Assembly (NCBI GenBank): GCA_043228905.1
Contig: JBHGNT010000022.1
Span: 5,518,001-5,582,000 of the forward strand
Source: Azolla caroliniana
Taxonomy: Eukaryota; Plantae; Polypodiophyta
DNA length: 64,000 bases
Direction of reading: 5' to 3'
Each line of letters starts with the position of its first letter. Positions within the stretch are counted from its first letter, which is position 1. The position numbers were made by a program, and so were the translations under genes. Positions 37,683 to 48,884 of the stretch are shown here, in pieces. The notes beneath the pieces are model-generated. The model did no database searches. It was given only the letters and a program-made list of their open reading frames with translations, and was not told the DNA's origin.

Positions 37683-37737
37683 TAGCTTTAGTGGTAAGCT
37701 AATTGCCTCCTATCTAGGAGGTGCAAGGTTCAAATCT
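37683..37737 (+). promoter_or_regulatory. tRNA-like A-box/B-box module, antisense within the gypsy G LTR
   Basis: TAGCTTTAGTGG ... GGTTCAAATC, with D-arm-like and anticodon-arm-like hairpins. Confidence 0.65.
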
Positions 37738-39001
37738 TATTTGCACCCCTCTATACACACTCAATGCCATTAGGCCCTAGGTTTATTTATTATTGATTTA
37801 TTTTCATTTTTACAAGTATTTGTGAAATGTGTGTGTATCCTCACCTTTTGACTTTTTCTCGCCCTAAACACACCACATCACGACATCGTATCAGCTAGTC
37901 TTAGTCCAAATGGGCACACTTCCCAATCCATAATTCCAAGTCGATCATAGGTCATCTTGTTTATGAAATTTGACTCCTAGCCCACCATCGATGATGCAAT
38001 GCAAGATCTCTTGGCCTCGTATGATGACTTTTATTGAAGGAATCTACTCATCAATAATTGTCGGCCTCTTTATTGGATTAGTAAAATTGACTGTCACCTG
38101 GTCCAACTCCATTTTCGTGATTATGTGTGCGCTATTTTTTTTCGTAAATTGAGCCCACTAATTTTAGTAATCCTACCAAAGATAATGTGATTTGGCAATC
38201 TGCCAAGACTTGCCATGTTTCATCCTCTGTTGGTGATTGTCTCGTTACTTCTTTTGATCGTATTTACGAATTTACTAGTGTGTCATTTAGTTCTTTATTT
38301 TCTTGTAACATTATGGCGACACTGTTCTTATTACCTTTGTCTACCCATTCTTTAGCAGCCTTTCGAAATGATTCATGTATTTCCCACTATGACTGCTTAG
38401 TTTTGCTTCGAGACATAACTTGCTAGACCATTGCGGTTACCATATTTACTATTGGGGCTTTACCTTTTTCCTTTGTCGGACACTGATTTGCATAGTGAGT
38501 GTCTTTTCTGCAGGTATAGCAAATAGGTTCAGTTGGCCCACTGGCCTCCCCTTTTTCATAATACGACTGTCAAACATCTTGTGGCTTTGGTTTGCCTCGG
38601 GCTCGAGAATTATATTTAAACTGCTTGGAATCTTTAGGTTTTCTCTTGTCATCTCGTCGTTCGTCAGTGAATCGACGATTATGTTGTCGATTGTAATCAT
38701 GCCTCCATTGCTCATGAGATCTTCTGTCATCCTGATGTCTTGAGCCTTTGTACAAACATCGATCATTCCTATCATAACAAGGTGAGTAATCACACTCATA
38801 TTTATGATGATTGTCCCTTCTATAGTCATCTTGATGGTCACTTTCCTTTTGATAATCATTGTGCCGTTCATCCCTTCGATAATCATCCCGCTGATTTCAA
38901 TCCGACTAAAAACGATCCTCATATCTCGACCGATTGTCTTCTCGAAACTAGTGCATTTGATGACTTTTGTCATCTATGCAATCGTTATGTGGTTCTATCT
39001 A

Positions 39002-40662
39002 TGTAGAATAGCGGTCGGCCACAACCGAGTAACAAACACTTTATGAAAGAACAAAACAAAAATGGAGGTTCGTACACTTACACAGAAGAGACGACACAAC
39101 ATGTTTACGTGGAAAACCCTAATAGGGAAAAACCATGGGAGCCCACAAACTCTAACTATCACTATACGAGAAAGGAGGTACAACAAGAGACTCAAAGGCA
39201 ATGACCTCCAACTCTATATCTTCGCCAACCGGTGGCTTCACTTCTCTCTCTCTCTCTGTACTACTATGATACAACTAAAAACTACACAACTGTTACACAC
39301 ACAAAGTGGTTGCCCTAAGTCATATTTATACTTATATGACTTTTTGGGATATTTACAATTATAGCCTCAATAGGCTAATCATGAAACATATTTGCAGATA
39401 TGCCCTTCCGGTTCGCACCGGATTCATCTGGATTCACTCGATCCGATTTCCGGGTTTAATTCGGATGTCATTCGGATCCCTTCCGGATCCGGTTCCTTCA
39501 TCTGGTTCATCTGATTCGATCCTCATGATCCTCATCCGGATCCCATCTGAAGGGACCAAAATCCCAACAATCTTCCCCTTCACTCCGGTATGGGATGTCT
39601 TGTTAGTCTGATTTGTCTTCGACACACGTCCAGCTTGTCGGTTGAAAGCACCTTCGTTAGCATATCTGATTCGTTCTCCTCCGTGTGGATCTTCATCAGC
39701 ACGAAGTCTTGATCTTCTACCTTCTCTTAGAGCCAATGGTATCTATGTTGGATGTGTTTCGTCCGGGAATGGTAGGCCACGTTCTTAGCAAGGTGGATGG
39801 CACTATGACTGTCGTAGTAGAGTCGGAATTCCTCCTACCGGATCCCTAGTTGTTCAATAAAGTCCTTTATCTAGGTTATTTCTTGTCTGGCTTCCACAAC
39901 TGCCATGTACTCCATTTCCATTGTCGACAATGCAATGGACTTCTGCAATCTCGACTGCCATGATACGGATCCCCCTTTGTAAGTCATGACATTTGGATGT
40001 AGACCGGCTAGTATCCACATCAGTCGATATATCCGAATCCGTAAATCCATCCAGTAGGGGTTTACTGGAGCCGAATCAAAGGCACATACTCAAGGTGCCT
40101 TTTAAATACCGGAGTATCCAGTTGACCGCGTTCTAGTGCTCTCTTCCCGGATTGCTCATGAATCGGCTGACTACTCCTACAACATAAGCAATATCCGGTC
40201 GGGTGCACACCATAGCATACATCAAGCTTCCGACGACAGAGGCATATGGTATCTTCATCATATGTGACTTCTCTGCCTTCATCCTCGGGCTATGTTTTCC
40301 GGACAACTTGCAATACACCGGCAATGTTGACCCAATTGGCTTTGTGTTCACCATGTTGAACCTCTGAAGCACCTTTGTCACATTCTTCTCTTGTGACAAC
40401 CACAATAGCTTCTTAGACCGGTCCCGGATGATGTGCATCCCTAAATTCTGTCTTGTCGAACCCAAATATTTGATTGAGAAGGTCCAGTTCGGTCCGGTCT
40501 GATGATCAACATGTCATCTACATACAATAGGAGTATCGGGAAGTCACCTCCATCAAATTTCTTCAGACTCTCTTCATTATGGTCCGGTTGATCCGTTCGG
40601 CCAACCCAATCAATTCTGGCGTCTTCGGCATGGTGAATTCGAGCAGGATTCCCTTTAACCGG
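39002..40662 (-). mobile_element. Copia I fragment: 3' LTR (about 39002-39569), RNase H/RT and an integrase remnant
   Basis: LTR, PPT and RNase H motifs; RT joined to integrase by a deletion near 40566. Confidence 0.82.
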
Positions 40663-43600
40663 TGTCGTGAAAAATCCATCACTACCTATGGATCGTGAGG
40701 CAGAACTGCCAGAGGCTTGGACCAGAAGGATTCAATGTTTTTAGCAACGTAAGCGAGAAAGTATTGAAGATAGATAGATGGATGAAGAGAGAGAGAGAGA
40801 TTGAGATAGAGATTGAACCCTTGATACATCACCATTAGGATACATCACCATTAGGATAACTCAGATCTTTGATTAAAGTTTCTTTTTTACTTAACTCCCT
40901 TCCCCCCTTACACATGCCCAACTATAGGCTTTTATGTTGGGAATTTGGTCCCTCCGGATGGGATCCGGAGGAGCTGGATCAGACGAGCAGGATGAAGGAA
41001 CTGGATCCGAAAGGGTTCCGGATGAGACCCGGAAACCGGATCGAGTGAATCTGGATGGATCCAATGCAAACCATATCCAAGGACATATGTATAAATATGT
41101 TTCATAGTGAGACCATCGAGGCTATATTTGTAAATAGTCCAAATGTCATATAAGTATAAATATGACTTAGGGCAATCACTTTATAGAGTGAAAGTGTAGC
41201 GAGATGAGATGTTGTATATTGTTATATACAAAGAGTGAGACAGAGATATAGAGATATAGAACTAGTTTTTTGTTCTAACCGCTGGTTTGGTGAAGACAGA
41301 GCTCGAGGTCGTTGCCTCTGAGTCTCACATTGTATTCCTCCCCTCATAGTCATAGTTGAAGTCTGTGGACCCCCTGGTTTTTCCCATTTAGGGTTTTCCA
41401 CGTTAACACCCTGTGTCATCTTTGTTTTTAAGTTTGTTCTCTTCCATTCGTTGTTTAAGAATCGATTGTGGCTAAGCACTATTTTTCGCACAAACTGGTA
41501 TTAGAGCAATCAAAGGAAATGGAAGAATCATTCGGTAGCATGTTCAAATCACCGGCTCCAACTACCCAGAGTGGAAGTCGAAGATGAGGGAAAAGCTCAT
41601 GGTGAAAGATCTCTCGTTGCCGATATAGTTTGGGGACAAGAAACCAGATAAGATCGATGCCGCAAGATGGGAGGTAATGCACATGAAGACAATGGAATAC
41701 ATCCGGTTCTTCATCAACATGAGCCTATATAACAACTTCAATGAAGAAAGAAAGGCCCATGTGCTTTGGGAAAAAATCGGCACCATGTTGGAGAGTAAAA
41801 ACGTCGTAAATCGGGTTTCCGTATTCCAGAAGTTAGTGAGACTCCGGTATTGTCTTCAATCTGGTATCAGAGCGAACAACATAGGAAATGGAAGAATCAT
41901 TCGGCGGCATGTTCAAGCTCACCGGCTCCAACCACTCAGTGTGGAAGTCGAAGATGAGGGATATGCTGGTGGTTAAAGCTCTGTTCTTGCCGGTTCAGTT
42001 CAGGGACAAGAGACCAGATAAGATCAATGCCATAATGTGGGAGGTGATGCACATGAAGACGACGGCATACATCCGGTGCTTCATTGACATGAGCCTGTAC
42101 AACAACTTTAATGAAGAGAGCAAGGCTCATGAACTCTGGGAGAAGATTGGCATGATGTTCCAAAACAAGAATGTCGTTAATCGGGTTTTGGTATTCCGGA
42201 AGCTAGTGAGGCTTCGGTACCAGGACAACTCCAGTATCGCGGAGCAGATGAATGCCTTCCAGGGGCTAATACATCAAGCAACCTCGTTGGAAGTACCTCT
42301 CGCGGATGAGGTACTCGCATTACTCGTGCTAGGTTCCCTCCCAGATAGCTGGGAGACGTTAGTTCTCACATTGGGCAACGCCGGGCCGGAAGGAAGTCAA
42401 TTGTCCCTAGCAAGGGTAAAATCAACCTTGCTAGATGAAGAAGCTCGCCGGAAGGACCAGGAGTCCGGAACCGATCCGAAGGACTTTGTCATGGAAGATG
42501 ACCATTAGCGAGGAAGAGGCCGGTATCAAAGTCCCCAAAACCGGGACAAATCGGGGACAAGGTTGAAGTCAAGGGGGAGGCCTACTTGCTTCTATTGTGG
42601 GAAGCTAGGGCACTTCCAGAAAAATTGTCGGCATTTCCGAAAAGAAAACGGAACAGATAGTCCTAATTCAAAGAAGGGTTCGGACCGGAAAGGCTCGGAT
42701 CAGAAGGCAACCTCGGCGATCACGACATGTGAAGAAGAACTGATGCTCTTGACCAAGGAGAATGAGTTAAACCTTGTTGGCCATGGCACAGTGTGGGTTG
42801 TCGATTCCGAAGCGTTGTTCCACCTGACACCGGACCAGAAATGTTTCTCATCCTACATAGCCGAAGATCACGGTTGTGTTTGGATGGGGAATGAAGGTAC
42901 ATGCCGAATTGTTGGCATAGGAGATGTGTGGTTGACGACATCAATCGGATGCAAATTGCTGCTGAAAGAAGTTCGACATGTTCCGGAGGTTCGGTTGAAC
43001 CTTATGTCAGCCGGTGGGCTAGATGATGAAGGCTACATGGGTAGCATACGGAACAAACTCATGAAATTCAACAAAGGAAGCCTGATCATGGCTCGAGCCC
43101 GGAAGATCAACACATTGTACCTGATGCATGCTCGGATATGCCGAGAAGAAGTGAACATAGCATCTGACACTGCCGGTGAGTTGTGGCACAAGACATTGTG
43201 CCATATCAGCCAGAAGGGAATGAGAAGATTTGCCGAAGACAACCTCATTCCGGAGGTGCAAGACGTGCATCTTGATAGGTGCACCGATTGCTCGGCCGGC
43301 AAGCAAAACCGAACCTCCTTTTGGTCAAGACCACAGATGAGACAGAATGCACCACTTGAGCTGGTGCATACTGATGTGTGTCAAGTCGACACGAAGTCAC
43401 ATGCCAGATCATAGTACTTCGTGACATTCATAGACGACCACAGCCGGAAGTTGTGGGTCTCACTGTTGGAGACAAAGGATCAAGTGCTATCTGTTTTCAA
43501 GGAGCTCCACGCGAGAGTGGAAAAAGAAACCAGTCGGAAGCCGAAGCATGTTCGAGGAGATAACGGAGGAAAATACCGCGGGTAGTTTGAGGAGTACGGC

Positions 43601-46600
43601 TAGTCGAAGGGAATCTAGCTCGAATTCACCGTGCAAAAGACGTCGGAACTGAATGGGTTGGCCGAATGGATGAACCGGACCATGATGGAGAGACTCCGGA
43701 GCATGTTGGCACATGGAAAGCTACCCAAGACGTTTTGGGTTGAGGCGTTGATGATGGCAGCCTATGAGATAAACAGATCACCCTCAGCACCTTCGTAAGG
43801 AGACTCACCACAAAAAGTATGGACTGGTGAAGATGTATCTTACTAGCATCTGAAGGTGTTTGGATGTCTCGCATATGTGCATGTCGCAAAGGACAAGAGA
43901 GAAAAGCTGGATCCGAAGTCCAGGCCATGCATATTCCCCAGATATGGCGATTATGAGGTCGGTTACCGGGTGTGGGATCTGGTCGACAAGAAGGGGTTCC
44001 GGAATCGGGATATAGTCTTCATGGAAGACATGACCATTGCCGCCTGTGAGTCGGAGAAGAAGGTGATGAACTCTGGATCATCCAATGAAAACCAGCTTGA
44101 GGGCACAAGGAATTACCCGGTTGAAAACTGGATGTTAGCCGGAAGCCGGATGACACTCGAAGAACCAGTCAGATTTAGAACAGAAACCGAATCAACTGAA
44201 GAAGACGACACCGGAACCGGACAAGATCCCGAATCGGATTCAAATGAGGAACAAATGGACGAACCAGTATTCAGAAACCAAGGATGAAGAAAACCTCTCA
44301 GAGAGAGAAGAGCCTTCCAGAGATTTCCGGATGTAGAGCATGTATTGCTGACCGATGAGGGGGAGCTAGAAAGCTTTGAAGAAGCAAAGAAGGACACCTA
44401 CACCTGCAAGTGATTGAGTGCCATGCAGGACGAGATGGATTCCCTGCATGAGAACCACACATATGAAAAGGCGGAGTTGCCGAAAGGAAAGAGGGCACTC
44501 CGGAATAAGTGGGTGTACAAGCTGAAACCAGGAGGCACTGGATATCCACCAAGGTACAAGGCCCGGATCCTAGTGAAGGGTTTCCATGAGAAGAAAGGTG
44601 TGGATTTCAGTGAGATCTTTGCCCCGGTAGTAAAGATGACATCCATCCGGACGGTATTGAGCATGGTGGTAAGCATGGACCTCGATGTAGAGAAACTGGA
44701 TGTCAAGATGGCATGCCTACATGGCGACCTCGAATGAGAGATCTACATGCATGAACTAGAAGGATTTGAGAGAAAAGGGAAGAAGCACTTGGTATGCCAG
44801 CTAATGAAGAGCTTATACGAATTGAAGCAAGCCCCCCGGCAATGGTACTGGAAGTTCGACTCCTTCATGACTGACCAAGGGTACCACAAGACGCAAGTGG
44901 ACCACTATGTGTTTGTGAAGAAATTTGGCGGAGGAGATTTCTTGATATTGCTCCTGTACGTGGATGACATGTTGATCGTCGGACGAGACCAAGTCAAGAT
45001 ACGAATACTGAAGAAGGTCCTAAACCGGACCTTCTCCATGAAAGACTTGGGTCCGGCAAGACAAATCTTAGGGATGCACATCATCTGGGACTGGAAGAAG
45101 AATCTATTGTGGTTGTCACAAGAAAAGTACATGACAAAGGTGCTTCAGCGGTTCAACATGTCGCAAGCAAAACCGGTTGGATCGACACTTCTGGCAAATT
45201 GGAAGTTGTCCGGAAAGCAGAGCCCGAAGACAAAGCCAGAGAAGTCAAATATGACGAAGATACCATATGCCTCTGCCATCGGAAGCTTAATGTACGCAAT
45301 AGTGTGCACCCGGCTGGATATTGCATATGTTGTCGGAGGAGTCTGCCAGTTCATGAGAAAACCATGAAGAGAGCAGTGGAATGCGGTTAGGTGGATACTC
45401 CAGTATCTGAAAGGCACCTCGAGTATGTGCCTCTGATTTGGATCCGGTAAACCCCAATTTGATGGATTCACGGATTCGGATATGTCAGTTGATGTGGATA
45501 CCAACCCGTCTACATCCTGATATGTCATGATTTATTCAGGGGGAGTTATATCATGGCAATCGAGGCTGCAGAAGTCCATTGTACTGTTGACATCGGAAGC
45601 GGAGTACATGGCAGCTATGGAAGCCGGCAAGGAGATAATCTGGATGAAGGAGTTCATCGGAGAGCTAGGGATCCGACAGGAGGAATTCCGGCTCTATTGC
45701 GACAATCAAAGTGCCATCCACCTTGCGAAGAATACGACCTACCATTCTCGAACCAAGCACATCCAAAGGAGATATCACTGGCTCCGGGAGAAGGTAGAAG
45801 ATCAAGACTTCATGTTGACGAAGATCCACACGGAGGAGAACGGATCGGATATGTTGACCAAGGTGCTTTCAACCGACAAGTTGGATGCGTGCCGAAGAGG
45901 GATCAGATTAACGAGAAATCCCGTGCTGGAGAGAAGGGGGAGTTTGTTGGGAATTCGTTCCCTCCGGATGAGAACCAGAGAAGCTGGATCGGATGAGCCG
46001 AATGAAGGAACCGGATCCGGAAGAGACCCGGAAACGAGATCGAGGGAATCTGGATGGATTCGGTGCAAACCGGATCCAAGGACATATGTATAAATATGTT
46101 TCATAGTGAGCCCATCAAGGCTATATTTGTAAATAACCCAAATGTCATATAAGTATAAATATGACTTAGGGCAATCACTTTATAGAGTGAAAGTGTAGTG
46201 AGATGAGATGTTGTATATTGTTGTATATAGAGAGTGAGACAGAGATAGAGAGATATAGAACTAGTTTTCTGTTGTAACCGCCGGTTTGGTGAGGATAGAG
46301 CTCGAGGTCATTGCCTCTGAGTCTCACATTGTATTCCCCTCTCATAGTGATAGTTGGAGTCTGTGGGCTCCCGTAGTTTTTCCCATTTAGGGTTTTCCAC
46401 GTTAACATCCTTTGTCATCTCTGTTTTTTAGTTTTTTCGCTTCCATTCGTTGTTTAAGACTTGGTTGTGGCCGAGCGCTATTTTTCCATGCAAAAACCAT
46501 GGGCTAAACCCACGGGCTAAAACCATGGTTTTGTGCCCACGATTTCTATATGTTTGCTTCTTACAAAATACTGAATATGAAAAGAAAATATACAAACTCT

Positions 46601-46813
46601 AAACCACTCAGTAGTAGCTTCAGTGGTATATAATTTGTCTCCTATCTTGGAGGTGCAAGGTTCAAATTCATATTTACAACACAAAATTTTACAAGGCTTT
46701 AGTCTTGTATTTACAAATGTTTAACTACATATTACACCTTTAGTCGACCTCCAATGAACCGATTGAACCTATAGACGATGTCGTTCATTTCACACTAAGA
46801 AATCTTCAAGACA
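40663..46813 (-). repeat. Trp-type gypsy LTR split by copia J (40663-40934 plus about 46488-46813)
   Basis: TGTCGTGA start and TTCAAGACA end; similar to 37540-37740 and to the reverse complement of 48700-48851; tRNA-like module at 46615-46669. Confidence 0.75.
40935..46488 (+). mobile_element. Copia J: degenerate element with a duplicated PBS-gag start
   Basis: LTRs 40935-41492 and 45945 to about 46488; PBS at 41496 and again at 41862; gag-pol from 41888 to about 45935; right TSD lost. Confidence 0.88.
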
Positions 46814-46815
46814 TC

Positions 46816-47541
46816 ATGCATCGTGATCCACCTATCTAATTGACCCGATCAATTCGTTTGTCCGGTCCGTCCATCCCGATCGGTTCCTTCCATCCGATCC
46901 GGTCCACATCCGATCAGTCTCGTCCTGTCCGGTCTGGTCCTGTCAATCCAGTTCCATCTGGATTCGTCCGGTCCGATCCGGTGTCGTGAAGATTTTCGAC
47001 AATGGTTGATTGGGATGCGAACCGAACCGGCTTGGGATGCGTCGACCAGCGATGGAACCGGCATTTGGCGACCAGCGACTGGCCGACGACGGAATCGGCA
47101 ACCGGTGATTGACCGGTGTCGGCAAACCCGGTTACTGGCATCCGGTGACCTCGGGATGCGGACCGAACCGGGCCACACTGAACGGATGTATCGTGATCCA
47201 CCTATCCGATTGACCCGATCAATTCGTTTGTCCGGTCTGTCCATCCCGACCGGTCCACATCCGATCGGTCTCGTCCTATCCGGTCCAGTCCTGTCTATCC
47301 AGTTCCATCCGGATTCGTCCTGTCCGATCCGGTGTCGTGAAGATTTTCGACAATGGTTGATCGGGATGCGGACCGACCCGGCTCGGGATGCGTCGACCAA
47401 CGACGGAACCGGCATTTGGCAACCAACGTCCGGCCGACGACAGAATCGGCAACCGGCGACTGACCGGTGTCGGCAAACCCGGTTACTGGCATTCGGTGAC
47501 CTCGGGATGTGAACCGAACCGGGCCAGATTGAATGGATGCA
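46816..47541. repeat. Tandem duplication of about 350-370 bp
   Basis: TCGTGATCCACCTAT at 46821 and 47191; ATG(C/T)A at all three junctions. Confidence 0.92.
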
Positions 47542-48851
47542 AATTGGACGGATTGGTTGGGTCGGTTGATCCCGGTTCATGGTGTTTTAAGGATATTTGG
47601 TCCAAAAGCCTAACAGTATTTTGTCATTTAAAAGGGATATAAGCAAGACCTAAACCTTGCACCTCCAAGATAGAAAAGCAATATACTTACCAATAAGCCA
47701 AGTCATGTCCTTAAAGTTATATTTTTATCATTATAGTTTTACTTGAAAATTCTCATATGAGAGCTTAAATGAGTGACATGAGCACCAACCAAATGGCAAA
47801 CATGCATCATGCATTTTATGCATGTCTTGTACCCCACATGCATCATATGCATGGGGGCATCTATAAAAGAGTGGATGAAAAAGAAAAAAAGGGGAGCAAT
47901 GTATGAATCAAGAAATTAAATGTAAGAAATTCGTTATCCAATTGATGTATCAATCTTGTTCTTTAAATCTAAAGTCAGGAGTTCAATCTTAATCTCTGAA
48001 AGGACTACACGCTCCCGAAAACAACGCTCGGCCACAATCGAGTCTAGGATCGAACATAGAAAAACGGGTAATGTATGCATGACACAGTTAAGAGAAGAGT
48101 AGACAGGATGTTTACGTGGAAAACCCAAACACGGGAAAACCACGGCAGTCCACAGACTGCAAACTATCACTATGTTACAATATACAATAGATGAACACAG
48201 AGGCAACGACCTCTTGTTCACTGTCTTCGCCACAAGCGGCGGTTACAACAGAGACAACGTCCTCTTCGTCTCTCACTCTCTCTCTGTACACGGTTGCACT
48301 CAAATCTTGCACCAACAAGAATGACAACAACCCTACACTACACTAAGTTTGCCCTAAGTCATATTTATACTAAAATGACTTTTCGGCTATTTACAAATAT
48401 AGCCCCGATGGACTCTTAGAAACATATTTACGAATATGTCCCTTCATCCGGTCAGCAATCCTCACCGGGCCTGCATCATCTGGCGCTTGTCGAGCACTCG
48501 TCATCTGGTTCTCACCGGGCCTTCACCATCCGGCTCTTGCCGGGCACTCGTCATCCGGTTCTCACCGGGCCTTCCTTGCCGGGTACTCGTCATGCAGTTC
48601 TCACCAGGTCTTCCGTTGCTGGGTACTCCACATACGGTTCTCACCGGGTCTTCACCATCCGACGGGACATGTTTCCTAACAATCTCTCTCAATCTAAAGT
48701 CAAGCGTTCTATTTTATCTCAACCTCTCTCTCTCTTTCAATCTATCTTAAATACTTTCTCGCTAAGGATTGTACAAACTTTGAGTCCTTCTGGTTCAGAA
48801 CCCCGGTGGTTCCGCCTCACGATCCGCGCATAGTGACGGATCTTCACGACA
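47333..48851 (+). repeat. Trp-type gypsy solo LTR (its start is also duplicated at 46982) containing a copia solo LTR
   Basis: TGTCGTGAAG..CTTCACGACA; TSD CCGG; antisense tRNA-like module at 47647-47700. Confidence 0.75.
47997..48681 (-). repeat. Copia-family solo LTR (685 bp)
   Basis: TG..CA; TSD ATCTC. Confidence 0.95.
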
Positions 48852-48884
48852 CCGGTTCCGTCAGATTCGTCTTCATGACATCCA

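Larger units (their letters stand above)
23962..37885 (-). mobile_element. Gypsy G: Trp-primed gypsy element, partly deleted, containing copia E and copia F
   Basis: TSD TCGT (23958-23961, 37886-37889); 5' LTR 37285-37885; PBS about 37263-37279; 3' LTR remnant 23962-24084. Confidence 0.87.
23335..38995 (-). pseudogene. Gypsy H: degenerate gag-protease region (about 23335-23961 plus 37890-38995), host of gypsy G
   Basis: Protease IIDGG..CPF..LAD continues across the insertion to YPLLLGRPW; homologous to 54100-54420. Confidence 0.75.

Noticed and set aside
37678-37746. Functional tRNA gene
   Set aside because: No proper acceptor stem or 7-nt anticodon loop; kept only as a tRNA-like module.
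38449-38973. Ile/Met-rich 174-aa ORF resembling a membrane protein
   Set aside because: Alternative frame of a low-complexity D/R/N-rich gag linker in gypsy H.
40768-40812. (GATA)/(GA) run as a second LINE tail
   Set aside because: Lies within a gypsy LTR with a counterpart at 48715-48750, and no LINE sequence is adjacent.
46849-47580. 243-aa repetitive ORF
   Set aside because: Product of a GC-rich tandem duplication in LTR sequence.
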